From positions 9,260-73,259 of IMG/VR virus record IMGVR_UViG_3300025769_015023: DNA of 64,000 nt. The stretch is one strand, 5' to 3'. This stretch comes from a virus. Its lineage: Duplodnaviria > Caudoviricetes. The notes below the pieces were generated by a model. The model was not told where the DNA came from and did not search any database. It worked only from the letters and a program-made list of their open reading frames with translations. Below are positions 45,333 through 55,383 of this stretch, piece after piece. A program made the translations under genes and the position numbers. The number at the start of each line of letters is the position of its first letter. Position 1 is the stretch's first letter.

Positions 45333-46293
45333 TAAGTCAAGCAAGATATTTATAGCTGGCCATAACGGAATGGTTGGAAAGTCTATAGTTAAAAATTTAA
45401 GATCAAGGGGATATAATAATCTATGCTTTATAGATAGAAAAAACTTAGATCTTACAAATCAAGCAGATACTCTTCGATGGTTTGAAGAAAATAAATTTGA
45501 TACAGTAATAGACTGTGCCGCAAAAGTAGGCGGTATACATGCTAATAATGAGTATAGATCTGATTTTATATACCAAAATCTACAGATACAAAACAACATA
45601 ATACATTCATCTCATGTAACGGGTGTTCAAAAATTATTATTTTTAGGTAGTGTTTGTATCTATCCTAAATATACAGACCAACCAATTAAAGAAGAGTATC
45701 TTCTAAGATCACCCCTAGAGCCAACCAATGAACCTTACGCTATAGCAAAAATAGCTGGTATAAAAATGTGCGAAAGCTATTACAAGCAACACGATAGGCA
45801 GTATATGTCGGTCATGCCAGCAAACCTGTATGGTGAAAATGATAATTTTCATAACAAAAACTCACATGTATTGCCAGCGTTGCTTAGAAGATTCCACGAA
45901 GCCAAAATAAATAAAGATAAAACTGTTGAGGTTTGGGGAACTGGTGAGGCAATGAGAGAATTTTTACACGTATCAGATATGGCCGATGCTTGCATACATA
46001 TCCTAGAAAAGTGTAATTTTGAGGAAATATATAAAGAGAATATATCTCAAATAAATATTGGAACTGGAGAAGAAGTAAGTATAAAAAACTTAGCTCTTTT
46101 AATATCAAAAGTAGTTGGCTACGAGGGAGAGATATCTTTCGACACTTCAAAACCAGACGGCACTTTAAGAAGAGTATTAGATAGTAGTAGATTGAATAAG
46201 CTTGGATGGAATCATAAAATAAACCTAAAAGAAGGCTTGGAATCAACCTATAAATGGTTTAAACTTAACGAGCAAAACATAAGGAGTTTTTAG
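45325..46293 (+). CDS. fcl: GDP-L-fucose synthase
   Basis: AGHNGMVG, AAKVGGIHAN, LGSVCIYP, LEPTNEPYAIAK, WGTG...REFLHV, PDGTLRR. Confidence 0.95.
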   Translation: MFSKSSKIFIAGHNGMVGKSIVKNLRSRGYNNLCFIDRKNLDLTNQADTLRWFEENKFDTVIDCAAKVGGIHANNEYRSDFIYQNLQIQNNIIHSSHVTGVQKLLFLGSVCIYPKYTDQPIKEEYLLRSPLEPTNEPYAIAKIAGIKMCESYYKQHDRQYMSVMPANLYGENDNFHNKNSHVLPALLRRFHEAKINKDKTVEVWGTGEAMREFLHVSDMADACIHILEKCNFEEIYKENISQINIGTGEEVSIKNLALLISKVVGYEGEISFDTSKPDGTLRRVLDSSRLNKLGWNHKINLKEGLESTYKWFKLNEQNIRSF

Positions 46294-47375
46294 TGGGTAA
46301 GAAAATTTTAATTACTGGAGTAACAGGCCAAGATGGCGCTAACATGTGCGAATATCTTATAGGTCTAAATAAAAAAGGCGAGGACTATAAAGTGTTTGGC
46401 ATGGTTAGAAGATCATCCAATCCCAATATGTCTAATTGCAGCAAATTCATAAATGATGAAAACTTTCAAATAGTATATGGCGACCTTACAGACACCGTAA
46501 GCATTGACAATTTAGTTAGAGAGATTCAACCTGATTTTATTATAAACTTTGCAGCTAATTCATTCGTTGGCTGTAGTTGGGATTCCCCTTTGCACGTTCT
46601 AGACACCAATGCTGGTGGCGTTATTAGGTTTTTAGAAGCCATAAGAAAACATTCTCCTAAATGCAGATTTTACTCGGCTGGCTCCAGTGAAGAGTTTGGA
46701 GACGTTGACTACTCCCCTCAAGACATGAAGCACCCGCTAAAGCCTAGAAGCCCTTACGGTGCGTCTAAATGCACGGCTAGACATATGGTAAAAGTGTATA
46801 GAGAGTCTTATGGGATTTACGCTGTACATGCTACTCTATTTAATCATGAAGGAACCAAAAGAGGAGAAGAATTTGTAACTCGAAAGATTACCAAAAATGT
46901 AGCTAGACTTCATAAAGAGATATCCGCCTACCTAGAATCTGGACACCAGTCCAAGATAAACCCAATGGAGCTTGGAAATATTTACGCGAAAAGAGACTGG
47001 AGTGATTCAGAAGATTTTGTAGAAGGGATATGGCTTATGATGAATCAAGACAAGCCAGATGATTATTTATTAGCTAGCGGAAAAACTCATACCATCAAAG
47101 AATTTGTAGAAAAAGCTTTCTCAGAAGCTGGCATAAATGGAAATTGGATGGAAGACGAAACAGATCCACTTAAAACTAAATTTTATTTAAACTCAAGCGA
47201 AGCTATTCCATTGGTTGTAATTAACCCTAAATTTTATAGACCAAATGAAGTTGAACTACTACTTGGTGACCCTAATGAAACTAAAAAAAAGCTAGGCTGG
47301 GAACCAAAAAATTCATTTGACTTTTTAGTTAGAAAAATGGTAAGATCGGACCTTAATGAAGTCGAAGAAAAATAA
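46293..47375 (+). CDS. gmd: GDP-mannose 4,6-dehydratase
   Basis: TGVTGQDG, AANSFV, SSEEFG, PRSPYGASK, LFNHEG..RGEEFVTRKI, RDWS, RPNEV.LL.GDP. Confidence 0.95.
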   Translation: MGKKILITGVTGQDGANMCEYLIGLNKKGEDYKVFGMVRRSSNPNMSNCSKFINDENFQIVYGDLTDTVSIDNLVREIQPDFIINFAANSFVGCSWDSPLHVLDTNAGGVIRFLEAIRKHSPKCRFYSAGSSEEFGDVDYSPQDMKHPLKPRSPYGASKCTARHMVKVYRESYGIYAVHATLFNHEGTKRGEEFVTRKITKNVARLHKEISAYLESGHQSKINPMELGNIYAKRDWSDSEDFVEGIWLMMNQDKPDDYLLASGKTHTIKEFVEKAFSEAGINGNWMEDETDPLKTKFYLNSSEAIPLVVINPKFYRPNEVELLLGDPNETKKKLGWEPKNSFDFLVRKMVRSDLNEVEEK

Positions 47376-47772
47376 TTTTATTTTAAACAATAAAAGAATA
47401 CTCGATTCAAGCGGTAAACAGCCTAAGATAAACAACAAGTTTCAATATATAATCTGGTGCTTCATACCAAATGCAAAAAATTTTTCTGGCGCTGACTGGG
47501 GCAGAGAAGTAAAAGTAGCAAAAAACCTCTTTAAAAAATATAAAGATCTTAATTTCTGGAAATCGTTTGAAATTGATTTCCCTTTAAACTCATTAAATTG
47601 GTTTGAGACCAATAAAGGTAAAAAGTTTCTACAGGAAAAAGATTACTTTTTTAAACTTAATAGTGGTATAATCACTAAGAAGAACACTACTTACGAATCA
47701 GGTAAAGTAGGAAAAGATTCCCAAGTCTTCGGAAAAAAAATAACTAAATTTATTGATCTATTTAAAAAATGA
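47356..47772 (+). CDS. Hypothetical protein
   Basis: 138 aa, operon-coupled ahead of recA. Confidence 0.7.
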   Translation: MKSKKNNFILNNKRILDSSGKQPKINNKFQYIIWCFIPNAKNFSGADWGREVKVAKNLFKKYKDLNFWKSFEIDFPLNSLNWFETNKGKKFLQEKDYFFKLNSGIITKKNTTYESGKVGKDSQVFGKKITKFIDLFKK

Positions 47773-48860
47773 GAAAAAAAAATACAACTAACACCGCTGG
47801 CTCATCCCCCTTAGAGCAAATAGAAAGCTACCTTAAACAAAACACAGGAGATCATTACAACTTCGAGGAAGAAAGAGACTATTCAGTTTCCAGTGGAAGC
47901 TTAGGTTTAGATATCGAAATGGGAGGCGGCATTAAACCAGGTATAATAAGAGCTTCTGGGGTAGCTGAAGGCGGAAAAACTTCCTGCGCCCTTTCTTTTG
48001 CAAGAAATTTTCAAAAGATGGAAAATTCCATGGTGGTTTACATCAAAGCAGAAGGTAGATTATCAAATGATATGGTGGAAAGATCTGGCATAGACGATGA
48101 TCCTAAAAAGTGGTATGTCGTAAAATCTAATGTTTATGAGACGGTTATCGATTTAATAAGGCAGCTAGTTAAAGATAATCCAACGGATACTAGATACATG
48201 TTTATAATCGACTCTATGGATGCCTTGGTTCCAAGAGGAGATCTACAGAAAGGTGCTGATGAAGCTATTAAGGTTGCTGGTGGTGCTTTACTTAGTTCGG
48301 ACTTCTTAAAAAGAATGGCTTTGGGATTAGCTAGTCGAGGTCACATATGCTTTATGGTGTCTCAGGTTAGAAGTAAGGTAAGTATAAACCCATATGAAAA
48401 AACAGATCCTAAGTTAACTAACGCATCTGGAGGCAACGCCCTTCTGCATTATAGTGATTGGATTATGGAGTTTCAGCAAAGATTCAAAGGAGATGTAATT
48501 TTTGATAAAGATGGTAAAACTCAATTAGGTCACTGGTGTAAAGTAGTATTCAAAAAGACTCCTAATGAAAAAACTGGTATTTCGGTAAACTATCCTATTT
48601 GCTACGGTAGGACCAACGGTAAATCAATCTGGGCTGAGTACGAAGTTGTCGATCAATTACTAAAATTCGATATGATCAAGAAGGCTGGTGCTTGGGTTAC
48701 TGTATCTGAAGATATAATTTCAGAAGTCAAAAAAGATACTGGTGAAGACTTCAAGCAGCAACACCAAGGAATGGATAACCTTAGAAGATACTTTGAAGAA
48801 AACCCAAAAATTGGAAAGTATTTATTTAGCAAATTCATCGAAGTCCTTAAAAAGTCATAA
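47769..48860 (+). CDS. recA: RecA/UvsX-like recombinase
   Basis: SGSLGLD..MGGG, GVAEGGKTS Walker A, IIDSMDAL Walker B, SQVR, SGGNALLHY. Confidence 0.92.
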   Translation: MRKKNTTNTAGSSPLEQIESYLKQNTGDHYNFEEERDYSVSSGSLGLDIEMGGGIKPGIIRASGVAEGGKTSCALSFARNFQKMENSMVVYIKAEGRLSNDMVERSGIDDDPKKWYVVKSNVYETVIDLIRQLVKDNPTDTRYMFIIDSMDALVPRGDLQKGADEAIKVAGGALLSSDFLKRMALGLASRGHICFMVSQVRSKVSINPYEKTDPKLTNASGGNALLHYSDWIMEFQQRFKGDVIFDKDGKTQLGHWCKVVFKKTPNEKTGISVNYPICYGRTNGKSIWAEYEVVDQLLKFDMIKKAGAWVTVSEDIISEVKKDTGEDFKQQHQGMDNLRRYFEENPKIGKYLFSKFIEVLKKS

Positions 48861-48865
48861 TTAAA

Positions 48866-49405
48866 GTGAAAAATCTTTTAGAAAAAACAAGAACCTACTT
48901 AGTAGGTCATATGCAGTACACTAGTGGCCGTAATTGGCGAGAATATGTTGAAGACGAACTGCAAAAGCTAAATATAATTACTTTTAATCCTTACAGAAAA
49001 CCTTTCGTAAAAGATGTAGAAGAAGACGAGGGGGCTCGCCAAAAAATGTCCGATGACATGGATAATAGGTATTATAACGATGTCGCTGAAAGAATGCGCG
49101 TTGTGCGTAATTATGATTTGAATCTTGTTGATCGTTCTGACTTTATAATTGCTCATATTGTTCCTGAAGTAGCAAGTTGGGGCAGTGCAGAAGAGCTCGT
49201 AACAGCAGTTCGAGCCAAAAAGCCCATTTTTATTTCTATGGATGGGGGCAAGCAAAAAACGCCTCTCTGGATTATGGGTATGTTACCACACCATTATATT
49301 TATAATAGCATAGAAGAAGTTCTTGATATGATTTATCAAATTAACGATGGCAAAAAAGCCATAGACAGCGACCGCTGGAGATTGCTCAGAAAAGAACTAA
49401 GATGA
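48866..49405 (+). CDS. Nucleoside 2-deoxyribosyltransferase-like protein
   Basis: TYLVGHMQ, TFNP, DLNLVDRSD, WGSAEE. Confidence 0.7.
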   Translation: MKNLLEKTRTYLVGHMQYTSGRNWREYVEDELQKLNIITFNPYRKPFVKDVEEDEGARQKMSDDMDNRYYNDVAERMRVVRNYDLNLVDRSDFIIAHIVPEVASWGSAEELVTAVRAKKPIFISMDGGKQKTPLWIMGMLPHHYIYNSIEEVLDMIYQINDGKKAIDSDRWRLLRKELR

Positions 49406-49818
49406 GATTATATAACATCTATGGTAGGTCAGTAACAAAAAATGTCACCAAATACTTAATAGATTGGGATGCGAAGTCTAGATCTAAACTTCAATTTGAT
49501 GCCAAGCAATTCTTTAGACAATACTGGAGCGGTCAAGTAGTCTATGAAGAATTCCCAGTCTTTGGTACAAGGATGAAGGTTGACATCCTAAATGCGACTA
49601 AACGGATAGCAATAGAAGTAAACGGAGAGCAGCATGATAAATTTAATAAATTTTTTCACAATAATTCCAGAGCCAAATATTTAGACTCTATAAAAAGAGA
49701 TATGAAAAAGGCAGAGTGGCTAGAAAAAAATAGTTTTACCTTGATTGAGATCTATAAAAAAGATATAAAAGATTTGTCGAGAGACTTTTTTAAACAAAAC
49801 TTTTTAATAGAAATATGA
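49402..49818 (+). CDS. Vsr/DUF559-like endonuclease
   Basis: EEFPV...KVDI...IAIEVNGEQH...RDMKKAEWL. Confidence 0.75.
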   Translation: MRLYNIYGRSVTKNVTKYLIDWDAKSRSKLQFDAKQFFRQYWSGQVVYEEFPVFGTRMKVDILNATKRIAIEVNGEQHDKFNKFFHNNSRAKYLDSIKRDMKKAEWLEKNSFTLIEIYKKDIKDLSRDFFKQNFLIEI

Positions 49819-50411
49819 GAAAAAAAAGAACACTTACTATCCCTCCAAATATTAGGCACGAAATTTATGAATGGGCTAATGGTGGTTTTTTAGTATTTTA
49901 TTTCAACAGTGAAACCACGCAACCAGAGGTTGTTTCAAATTTTGATGATTCTAAATCGGCATTTGCTTTACAATCATTTATAGATACTTGGCTTTATGCT
50001 GTTAAAGTTGAAAGAATAAGATCCATTAAAGAAACTTACAACGAATCTGATGAGATTGAAAAAGAAGAGGATTATAGCTCTTTTATAGACGAGGACGCTC
50101 TAGCAAACCTAATAGATAAAGGAATAGAAAAAAGCCCATCTAAAGAACATCGTGTTGAAAATTCTGACCAGTTCCCACAAGAACTTGTTTCAAGACTAGG
50201 GGATGTGACAGGAAATACATTTTTAATGTTTTACTTTGGTGCTGACGATTTACCAAAAATAGAATATAGATTTAGATCTCATCGAGACGCTCTAGGCTTA
50301 CAGGAGTTTGTGAAATGCTGGTATAACGCTTTTTTTGAGAACTCCATAGGATTAATGCTAAATAATTACTTTGACGACGACACAGATCAGGACGAGGACT
50401 GCGATGAATAA
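49815..50411 (+). CDS. Hypothetical protein with internal domain duplication
   Basis: GGFLVFYF...ALQSFIDTW and NTFLMFYF...GLQEFVKCW. Confidence 0.7.
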   Translation: MRKKRTLTIPPNIRHEIYEWANGGFLVFYFNSETTQPEVVSNFDDSKSAFALQSFIDTWLYAVKVERIRSIKETYNESDEIEKEEDYSSFIDEDALANLIDKGIEKSPSKEHRVENSDQFPQELVSRLGDVTGNTFLMFYFGADDLPKIEYRFRSHRDALGLQEFVKCWYNAFFENSIGLMLNNYFDDDTDQDEDCDE

Positions 50412-51981
50412 AACAATTTCAAATAGAGAAAACGAACTAAAAGACCTTGAGTTGGAAAAAGATGTAGTTTATGGATTAATAAAATATCCTAGTATATTTT
50501 TAGAAAACCAGTCGATTGTAAAAGAAGACTGCTTTACTCATCCGACTCATAAAATAATATTTAATATTTTTAAGAACAACTGTCTATCCGCATCATCTGT
50601 AGATATTGTTACTCTATCTAGAGACTGTAAAAGAGACGGATTTCAAGATAAGGACGGAATTCCAATATTTGAATATTTAGAAAACTCACAATATAGTTCA
50701 ATTACTCAAGATGGTACTTTAGAATGCATAAAAGAACTCCACATATTAGCTTATTTAAGACACGAATTTAAAAAAGCTAAAGAAGTGGCAAAAATAGCCC
50801 TTGATGCAAAAAATACTAAAGACATAGTACCAGTTATATCTAAGTTAGACGGTCTAAAATCAGAGAGATACGAATTACAAGAATCAGAATTCACGCCTAG
50901 AAAAATTTACTCAGGCGTTGGAGAAAGACTTGAAGAGCGAGGCAACAACCCAGAAGATACCATGGGTTACCCCACGCCTTTTCCAGATTTTAACTTAGAT
51001 TATGGAGGTTTAAGAACTGGTACTGCAACCCTTTTCGTAGGTCGAGGAGGCATCGGCAAAAGTAGCACGATACACCAAGTCTGTCATTACGTAGCGAAAA
51101 ATAATAAAGTACCAGTCCTAATATTAGACACTGAGATGGAGTATGAGCTAGTCTCCGATAGAATATTTTCATCTCAGCATAAAATCCCCATACATGCAGT
51201 AGAAACAGGCAAGTGGAGAAAAAATAAAGACCTAGTTAAAAAAGTTAGATCGGCCATAGATGAAATTGATGAAGAATTTGAATACTACCATGTTTACATA
51301 GGCGATCAACCACTAGAAGAAACAATTCAGATTATTGAATCTTGGTATTATAAATCCGTTGGCAGAGGAAACCCATGCGTTGTAGGCTATGATTATCTTA
51401 ACTGTAATTCTGAAGATATAAAACACGGCTGGGGAGAGAGACAGGTCTTGGGTGATAAATTTAAAAAACTAAGACACTGTTGCGTAAAAATTAATGCCAC
51501 TTTAGTAACAGCAGCCCAAGCCAATAGAAGCGCAGAGTCAAGAAATAGAAGATCAGACCAAGTATCAGACGATACTACAGTCATTGGTGACTCCGACAAG
51601 CTGCAAAGATTTGCAGAAACAGTACTTTACATAAGACCTAAAACACCAGACGAGCTTGCGCTTGACGAGGGAATGGATCTAGAAGACGCTGAAGAAGCAA
51701 TTGACGAAAGAGATTTTGAAGATCTTAGATTCGGCACTCATAAAATGTATGTTCTGAAAGGAAGAAACCAAGGTGAAAGAGCCATGGGACACAACAACCA
51801 CCTAAGAAGACGAATGCCTAACGGAATATTTCAAAATGAAATGCATTATTATAACATATCTTTCGACAACTATTTCCTAGAAGAACGCGGCTCGCTTAGA
51901 GATGTTATAAATTTCAGAGAGGATAGATTTATATTAGATGATCAGCATCCAAACGAAGAGCAAGGTGAGCAGCTTTTATAA
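50404..51981 (+). CDS. dnaB: Replicative DnaB-like helicase
   Basis: GRGGIGKS Walker A, LDTEM, GYDYL, AAQANR, IGDSDKL, KGRNQG. Confidence 0.92.
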   Translation: MNKTISNRENELKDLELEKDVVYGLIKYPSIFLENQSIVKEDCFTHPTHKIIFNIFKNNCLSASSVDIVTLSRDCKRDGFQDKDGIPIFEYLENSQYSSITQDGTLECIKELHILAYLRHEFKKAKEVAKIALDAKNTKDIVPVISKLDGLKSERYELQESEFTPRKIYSGVGERLEERGNNPEDTMGYPTPFPDFNLDYGGLRTGTATLFVGRGGIGKSSTIHQVCHYVAKNNKVPVLILDTEMEYELVSDRIFSSQHKIPIHAVETGKWRKNKDLVKKVRSAIDEIDEEFEYYHVYIGDQPLEETIQIIESWYYKSVGRGNPCVVGYDYLNCNSEDIKHGWGERQVLGDKFKKLRHCCVKINATLVTAAQANRSAESRNRRSDQVSDDTTVIGDSDKLQRFAETVLYIRPKTPDELALDEGMDLEDAEEAIDERDFEDLRFGTHKMYVLKGRNQGERAMGHNNHLRRRMPNGIFQNEMHYYNISFDNYFLEERGSLRDVINFREDRFILDDQHPNEEQGEQLL

Positions 51982-51983
51982 AA

Positions 51984-52907
51984 ATGGATGTAAAAGAGAT
52001 ATTGCAGAGCATTGGATATGCTAATATACGACAGTATGGGGATTATCTTAGGATGTCTCCAATATATCGAAGTTCTGACAGCGCGTGTTTAAGCGTTCAT
52101 AAAAACACTGGAAGCTTCGTAGACTTCGCTAGAAGCGATACTATAAAAGGTGATTTTTCAGAACTCATAAAAGTATCCCTTAATCTAAAATCTAAAACTG
52201 AAGCTACTAATTGGCTTAATGGAAAAAATGTTAACTTTTCTTCGTATGACATCAAGATAGAAAAAGATGAGCCGTTGGTTTTTAATAAAAAATTTAGCAA
52301 AGAAAACCTAGACAGAATAAAATCAGAACATTCGTACTGGCTAAACAGAGGTGTTTCATTAAATACTATAAAATTATTTAAAGGAGGACTGGACAATGGC
52401 GTAGAAGGCGGTAAGTTCTATAATAGATATGTCTTCCCCATATTTCATGAAAAGGGGTATATATCTGGATTTACAGGTAGAGACATATCAAATAATCCTA
52501 ACACAGTCAAATGGAAGCACTTAGGGCAAACTAGTAGCTGGATTTATCCTAGTTTTTTAAACCAAAACTGCATATCTCAGTCTAAGGAGATTATAATTGT
52601 TGAAAGCATAGGAGATATGCTTTCTCTTTATGACTGCGGTATAAAAAATACAATAGTAGTATTTGGCGTTTCTTTATCGAGTAGTATTATAAATTATATT
52701 CTTAGGTATAGATTGGATAAAGTTACTATAGCGTTAAATAATGATTCGCATAATAATAGCGTGGGCAACAAGGCATCTATGAAATTTAAAAACCAACTCT
52801 CAAAACATATAAATTATAATAAAATAAAAATATCACTCCCGCCATCTGGTAAAGATTTCGGTGAAATGAGTAAACACGAAATAACAGATTGGAAAAAAAA
52901 TGCCTGA
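51984..52907 (+). CDS. dnaG: DNA primase (TOPRIM)
   Basis: RYVFPI, FTGR, KWKH, IVESIGDML, IALNND, KDFGE. Confidence 0.88.
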   Translation: MDVKEILQSIGYANIRQYGDYLRMSPIYRSSDSACLSVHKNTGSFVDFARSDTIKGDFSELIKVSLNLKSKTEATNWLNGKNVNFSSYDIKIEKDEPLVFNKKFSKENLDRIKSEHSYWLNRGVSLNTIKLFKGGLDNGVEGGKFYNRYVFPIFHEKGYISGFTGRDISNNPNTVKWKHLGQTSSWIYPSFLNQNCISQSKEIIIVESIGDMLSLYDCGIKNTIVVFGVSLSSSIINYILRYRLDKVTIALNNDSHNNSVGNKASMKFKNQLSKHINYNKIKISLPPSGKDFGEMSKHEITDWKKNA

Positions 52908-53943
52908 AAAAATATTATCAGCCTCTAGAATAAAAACATTTGAATCTTGTTCTTGGAAATACTGGTGCAACTATGTACTTAGAATCCCCTCCGAATCTAA
53001 CGATGGGGCTAGAAGAGGCAATGTTTGCCATGCTGTGTTCGAATATTTGTTAGGAAAAAATAGAACAGAGTATGTTGAAAAAATAATAGAAGCTAAAAAT
53101 ATAGAAGCGGTTGAGTCTGTTTCTATTTTAGTAAAAAAATTATTAGTAAAAGAAGGCGCAGATGTTGAAGCCAATTATAAAATTTGCAATAAATTTATAG
53201 TCACAGGGTTAAGAACTGACTTTTTTGGAGAGGGCGGAATGGCCGAAGACCCTGAAATCGATTTCTTGCTAAGTAAAAAAAGCCCTAAATACAAGATACG
53301 GGGATTTATTGACAAAGCTATAAGATTTGATAATGAAAAACTAATTAAAATAGTAGACTATAAATCCAGCAAAGAGAAATTCAAAGGTGAGGAGCTAACA
53401 GCCAATATACAGGCAATGACTTATTCATTAGCTGCTAAGAAACTTTGGCCAGAGCTTAAAAAAATAATGGTAGAGTTTGTATTCCTTAAATTCCCAAGAA
53501 AACCACTACAGCAAGTAGAGTTCTCTAAAGAAGAGTTGGAGGGATTTGAGTATATGCTTGCCGATGTGTATGAAAAAATGAATTCGTTTTCAGAATCAGA
53601 CGCTCACGCAAATTACGCATCAAATAAACCAGAACCAAAAGATGGCAGTTTCGGTGGTTGCTTGAACTGCGGCAGAGGAAGCAGATACAAAGGACAGCTT
53701 AAAAAGGATGGAACTCCCGTGTGGCATTGCTCGTATAAGTATGATTTTGACTACTATGCGTTAGTTGACAGCAAGGGCAACGTACTAAAAAGTGCTTTAA
53801 CGCATGGCGACCTGAAAGAAAAAAAAGGCTGTAAAATTATTAAAAAATACTACGCAGGATGCCCAGCACACCAGACTTTTAACGAACCGTATGATCCAGA
53901 AAAACCATCTTCGAAAGAATCTAGAGACGATTTTGATTTTTAG
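52900..53943 (+). CDS. PD-(D/E)XK exonuclease (RecB/AddB/Cas4-like)
   Basis: SASRIKTFESC, RGNVCH, GFIDK, VDYKS, Q..TY; C-terminal cysteines CLNC/HC/GC. Confidence 0.85.
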   Translation: MPEKILSASRIKTFESCSWKYWCNYVLRIPSESNDGARRGNVCHAVFEYLLGKNRTEYVEKIIEAKNIEAVESVSILVKKLLVKEGADVEANYKICNKFIVTGLRTDFFGEGGMAEDPEIDFLLSKKSPKYKIRGFIDKAIRFDNEKLIKIVDYKSSKEKFKGEELTANIQAMTYSLAAKKLWPELKKIMVEFVFLKFPRKPLQQVEFSKEELEGFEYMLADVYEKMNSFSESDAHANYASNKPEPKDGSFGGCLNCGRGSRYKGQLKKDGTPVWHCSYKYDFDYYALVDSKGNVLKSALTHGDLKEKKGCKIIKKYYAGCPAHQTFNEPYDPEKPSSKESRDDFDF

Positions 53944-53946
53944 TTC

Positions 53947-53975
53947 TTGAAATTAGTTTATAAAATCTGGATAAT
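53947..53975 (+). promoter_or_regulatory. Sigma70-like promoter with TATAAAA box
   Basis: TTGAAA-N6-TATAAAA-N4-GATAAT. Confidence 0.6.
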
Positions 53976-53981
53976 AGAAAA

Positions 53982-54755
53982 ATGAGATCAATCCCTCTCT
54001 TCAAATCTCACTATAGTATAGGTAAATCGATCTTGACGCTTGATAAACCAGATGGTTTAGACAAATCAGGTCCAGACTCTATAATTAAGATTTGCAAAGA
54101 CAATTCCTTAAAGGAAGCGTGTCTAGTCGATGATACGATGTCTGGATTTCTACAGGCTTATGTGAATTGCCGTGAAAGTAAAATAAATTTAAAATTTGGA
54201 CTAAGAATGACCTTTTGCTCCGATATCAACTGCAAAGAGAAGGAGTCTGAGGATACTAACCATAAACTTATAATTTTTGCTAAAAATCAAGACGGCTATA
54301 AAAAACTAATTAAAATATCAAGTACAGCATCAACCGTTGGTTATTATAATGGCCCAAGATATGACTTGAATTTACTTTCGGAAGAGTGGGATGATGATAA
54401 ATTAATTTTAGCGGTTCCTTTTTACGATTCATTCCTACATCAAAATACCTTAAACCATAAGCAATGCTTGGTTAATTTCAGTTTTACTAAGCCAATTTTT
54501 TTTATCGAAGACAACGACCTTCCCTTTGATTACATATTGAATAACAAGGTTAATGATTACTGTGGGGAAGAGATACAAAAGCAAAATGTAAAAAGTATTT
54601 ATTATAAAAATAAAAGTGACTTTAAATCATATTTATCGTTTAAGTGTCTGACTTTTTACCAAGGCGGTAGAAAGAAAACTTTAAGTAGACCCAATTTCGA
54701 CCATATGTGCAGTGAAGAATTTTGCTTTGAAAGCTGGTTAGAAAATGAAAAATAG
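53982..54755 (+). CDS. Stand-alone PHP domain of DNA polymerase III alpha
   Basis: FKSHYSIGKSIL, LVDD, KFGLR, FAKNQDGYKKLIKI. Confidence 0.85.
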   Translation: MRSIPLFKSHYSIGKSILTLDKPDGLDKSGPDSIIKICKDNSLKEACLVDDTMSGFLQAYVNCRESKINLKFGLRMTFCSDINCKEKESEDTNHKLIIFAKNQDGYKKLIKISSTASTVGYYNGPRYDLNLLSEEWDDDKLILAVPFYDSFLHQNTLNHKQCLVNFSFTKPIFFIEDNDLPFDYILNNKVNDYCGEEIQKQNVKSIYYKNKSDFKSYLSFKCLTFYQGGRKKTLSRPNFDHMCSEEFCFESWLENEK

Positions 54756-55383
54756 ACTTTTAAGATATAACTTTAACTCTGAGTTCGTATTTATTGACTG
54801 CGAGACTTTCAATCTATGCTTGAATAGTTGTCATAATTTGCCTTGGCAAATAGCGATGATAAAAGTCAAGGGTAAGAAAATAATAGACAAGAAAAATTAT
54901 TTTATAAAATGGGACACGCATCTCAAAATAAGTGATGATGCTGCGAAAATGACTGGTTATAGTGAAAAAAATATGAAAAAAAACGCTATAAGCCCTGAAG
55001 AAGCTTTTCCAACTATACATGATTGGCTGGAAAATTGTGACTATATTTCTGGTCATAATGTATTAGGATTTGATATATATCTAATCAGAGCACTGTACAA
55101 ATACTTTAATAAAGATTACAAGCCATTAGTCCCTAAAGTTATCGATACTTTTGCCGTAGCAAAGGGTATAAAACTTAATTATAAGTATGCAAAAGATCAA
55201 GACTTTACAGAATATCAATATAGAGTGATTAATACTATCAAAAGAGGCTTAAAATGCTCGCTAGGCGCTTTAGGAAAAGAATTTGATATAGATCACGACG
55301 AGTCAAAACTCCACGACGCCCTTGTTGATTTGGAGTTGAACATTAAAGTATGGAACCACTTGAAATCTCAAATTGAATTATGA
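54745..55383 (+). CDS. dnaQ: DEDDh 3'-5' exonuclease (Pol III epsilon-like)
   Basis: FIDCET, GHNVLGFD, HDALVD. Confidence 0.88.
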   Translation: MKNRLLRYNFNSEFVFIDCETFNLCLNSCHNLPWQIAMIKVKGKKIIDKKNYFIKWDTHLKISDDAAKMTGYSEKNMKKNAISPEEAFPTIHDWLENCDYISGHNVLGFDIYLIRALYKYFNKDYKPLVPKVIDTFAVAKGIKLNYKYAKDQDFTEYQYRVINTIKRGLKCSLGALGKEFDIDHDESKLHDALVDLELNIKVWNHLKSQIEL

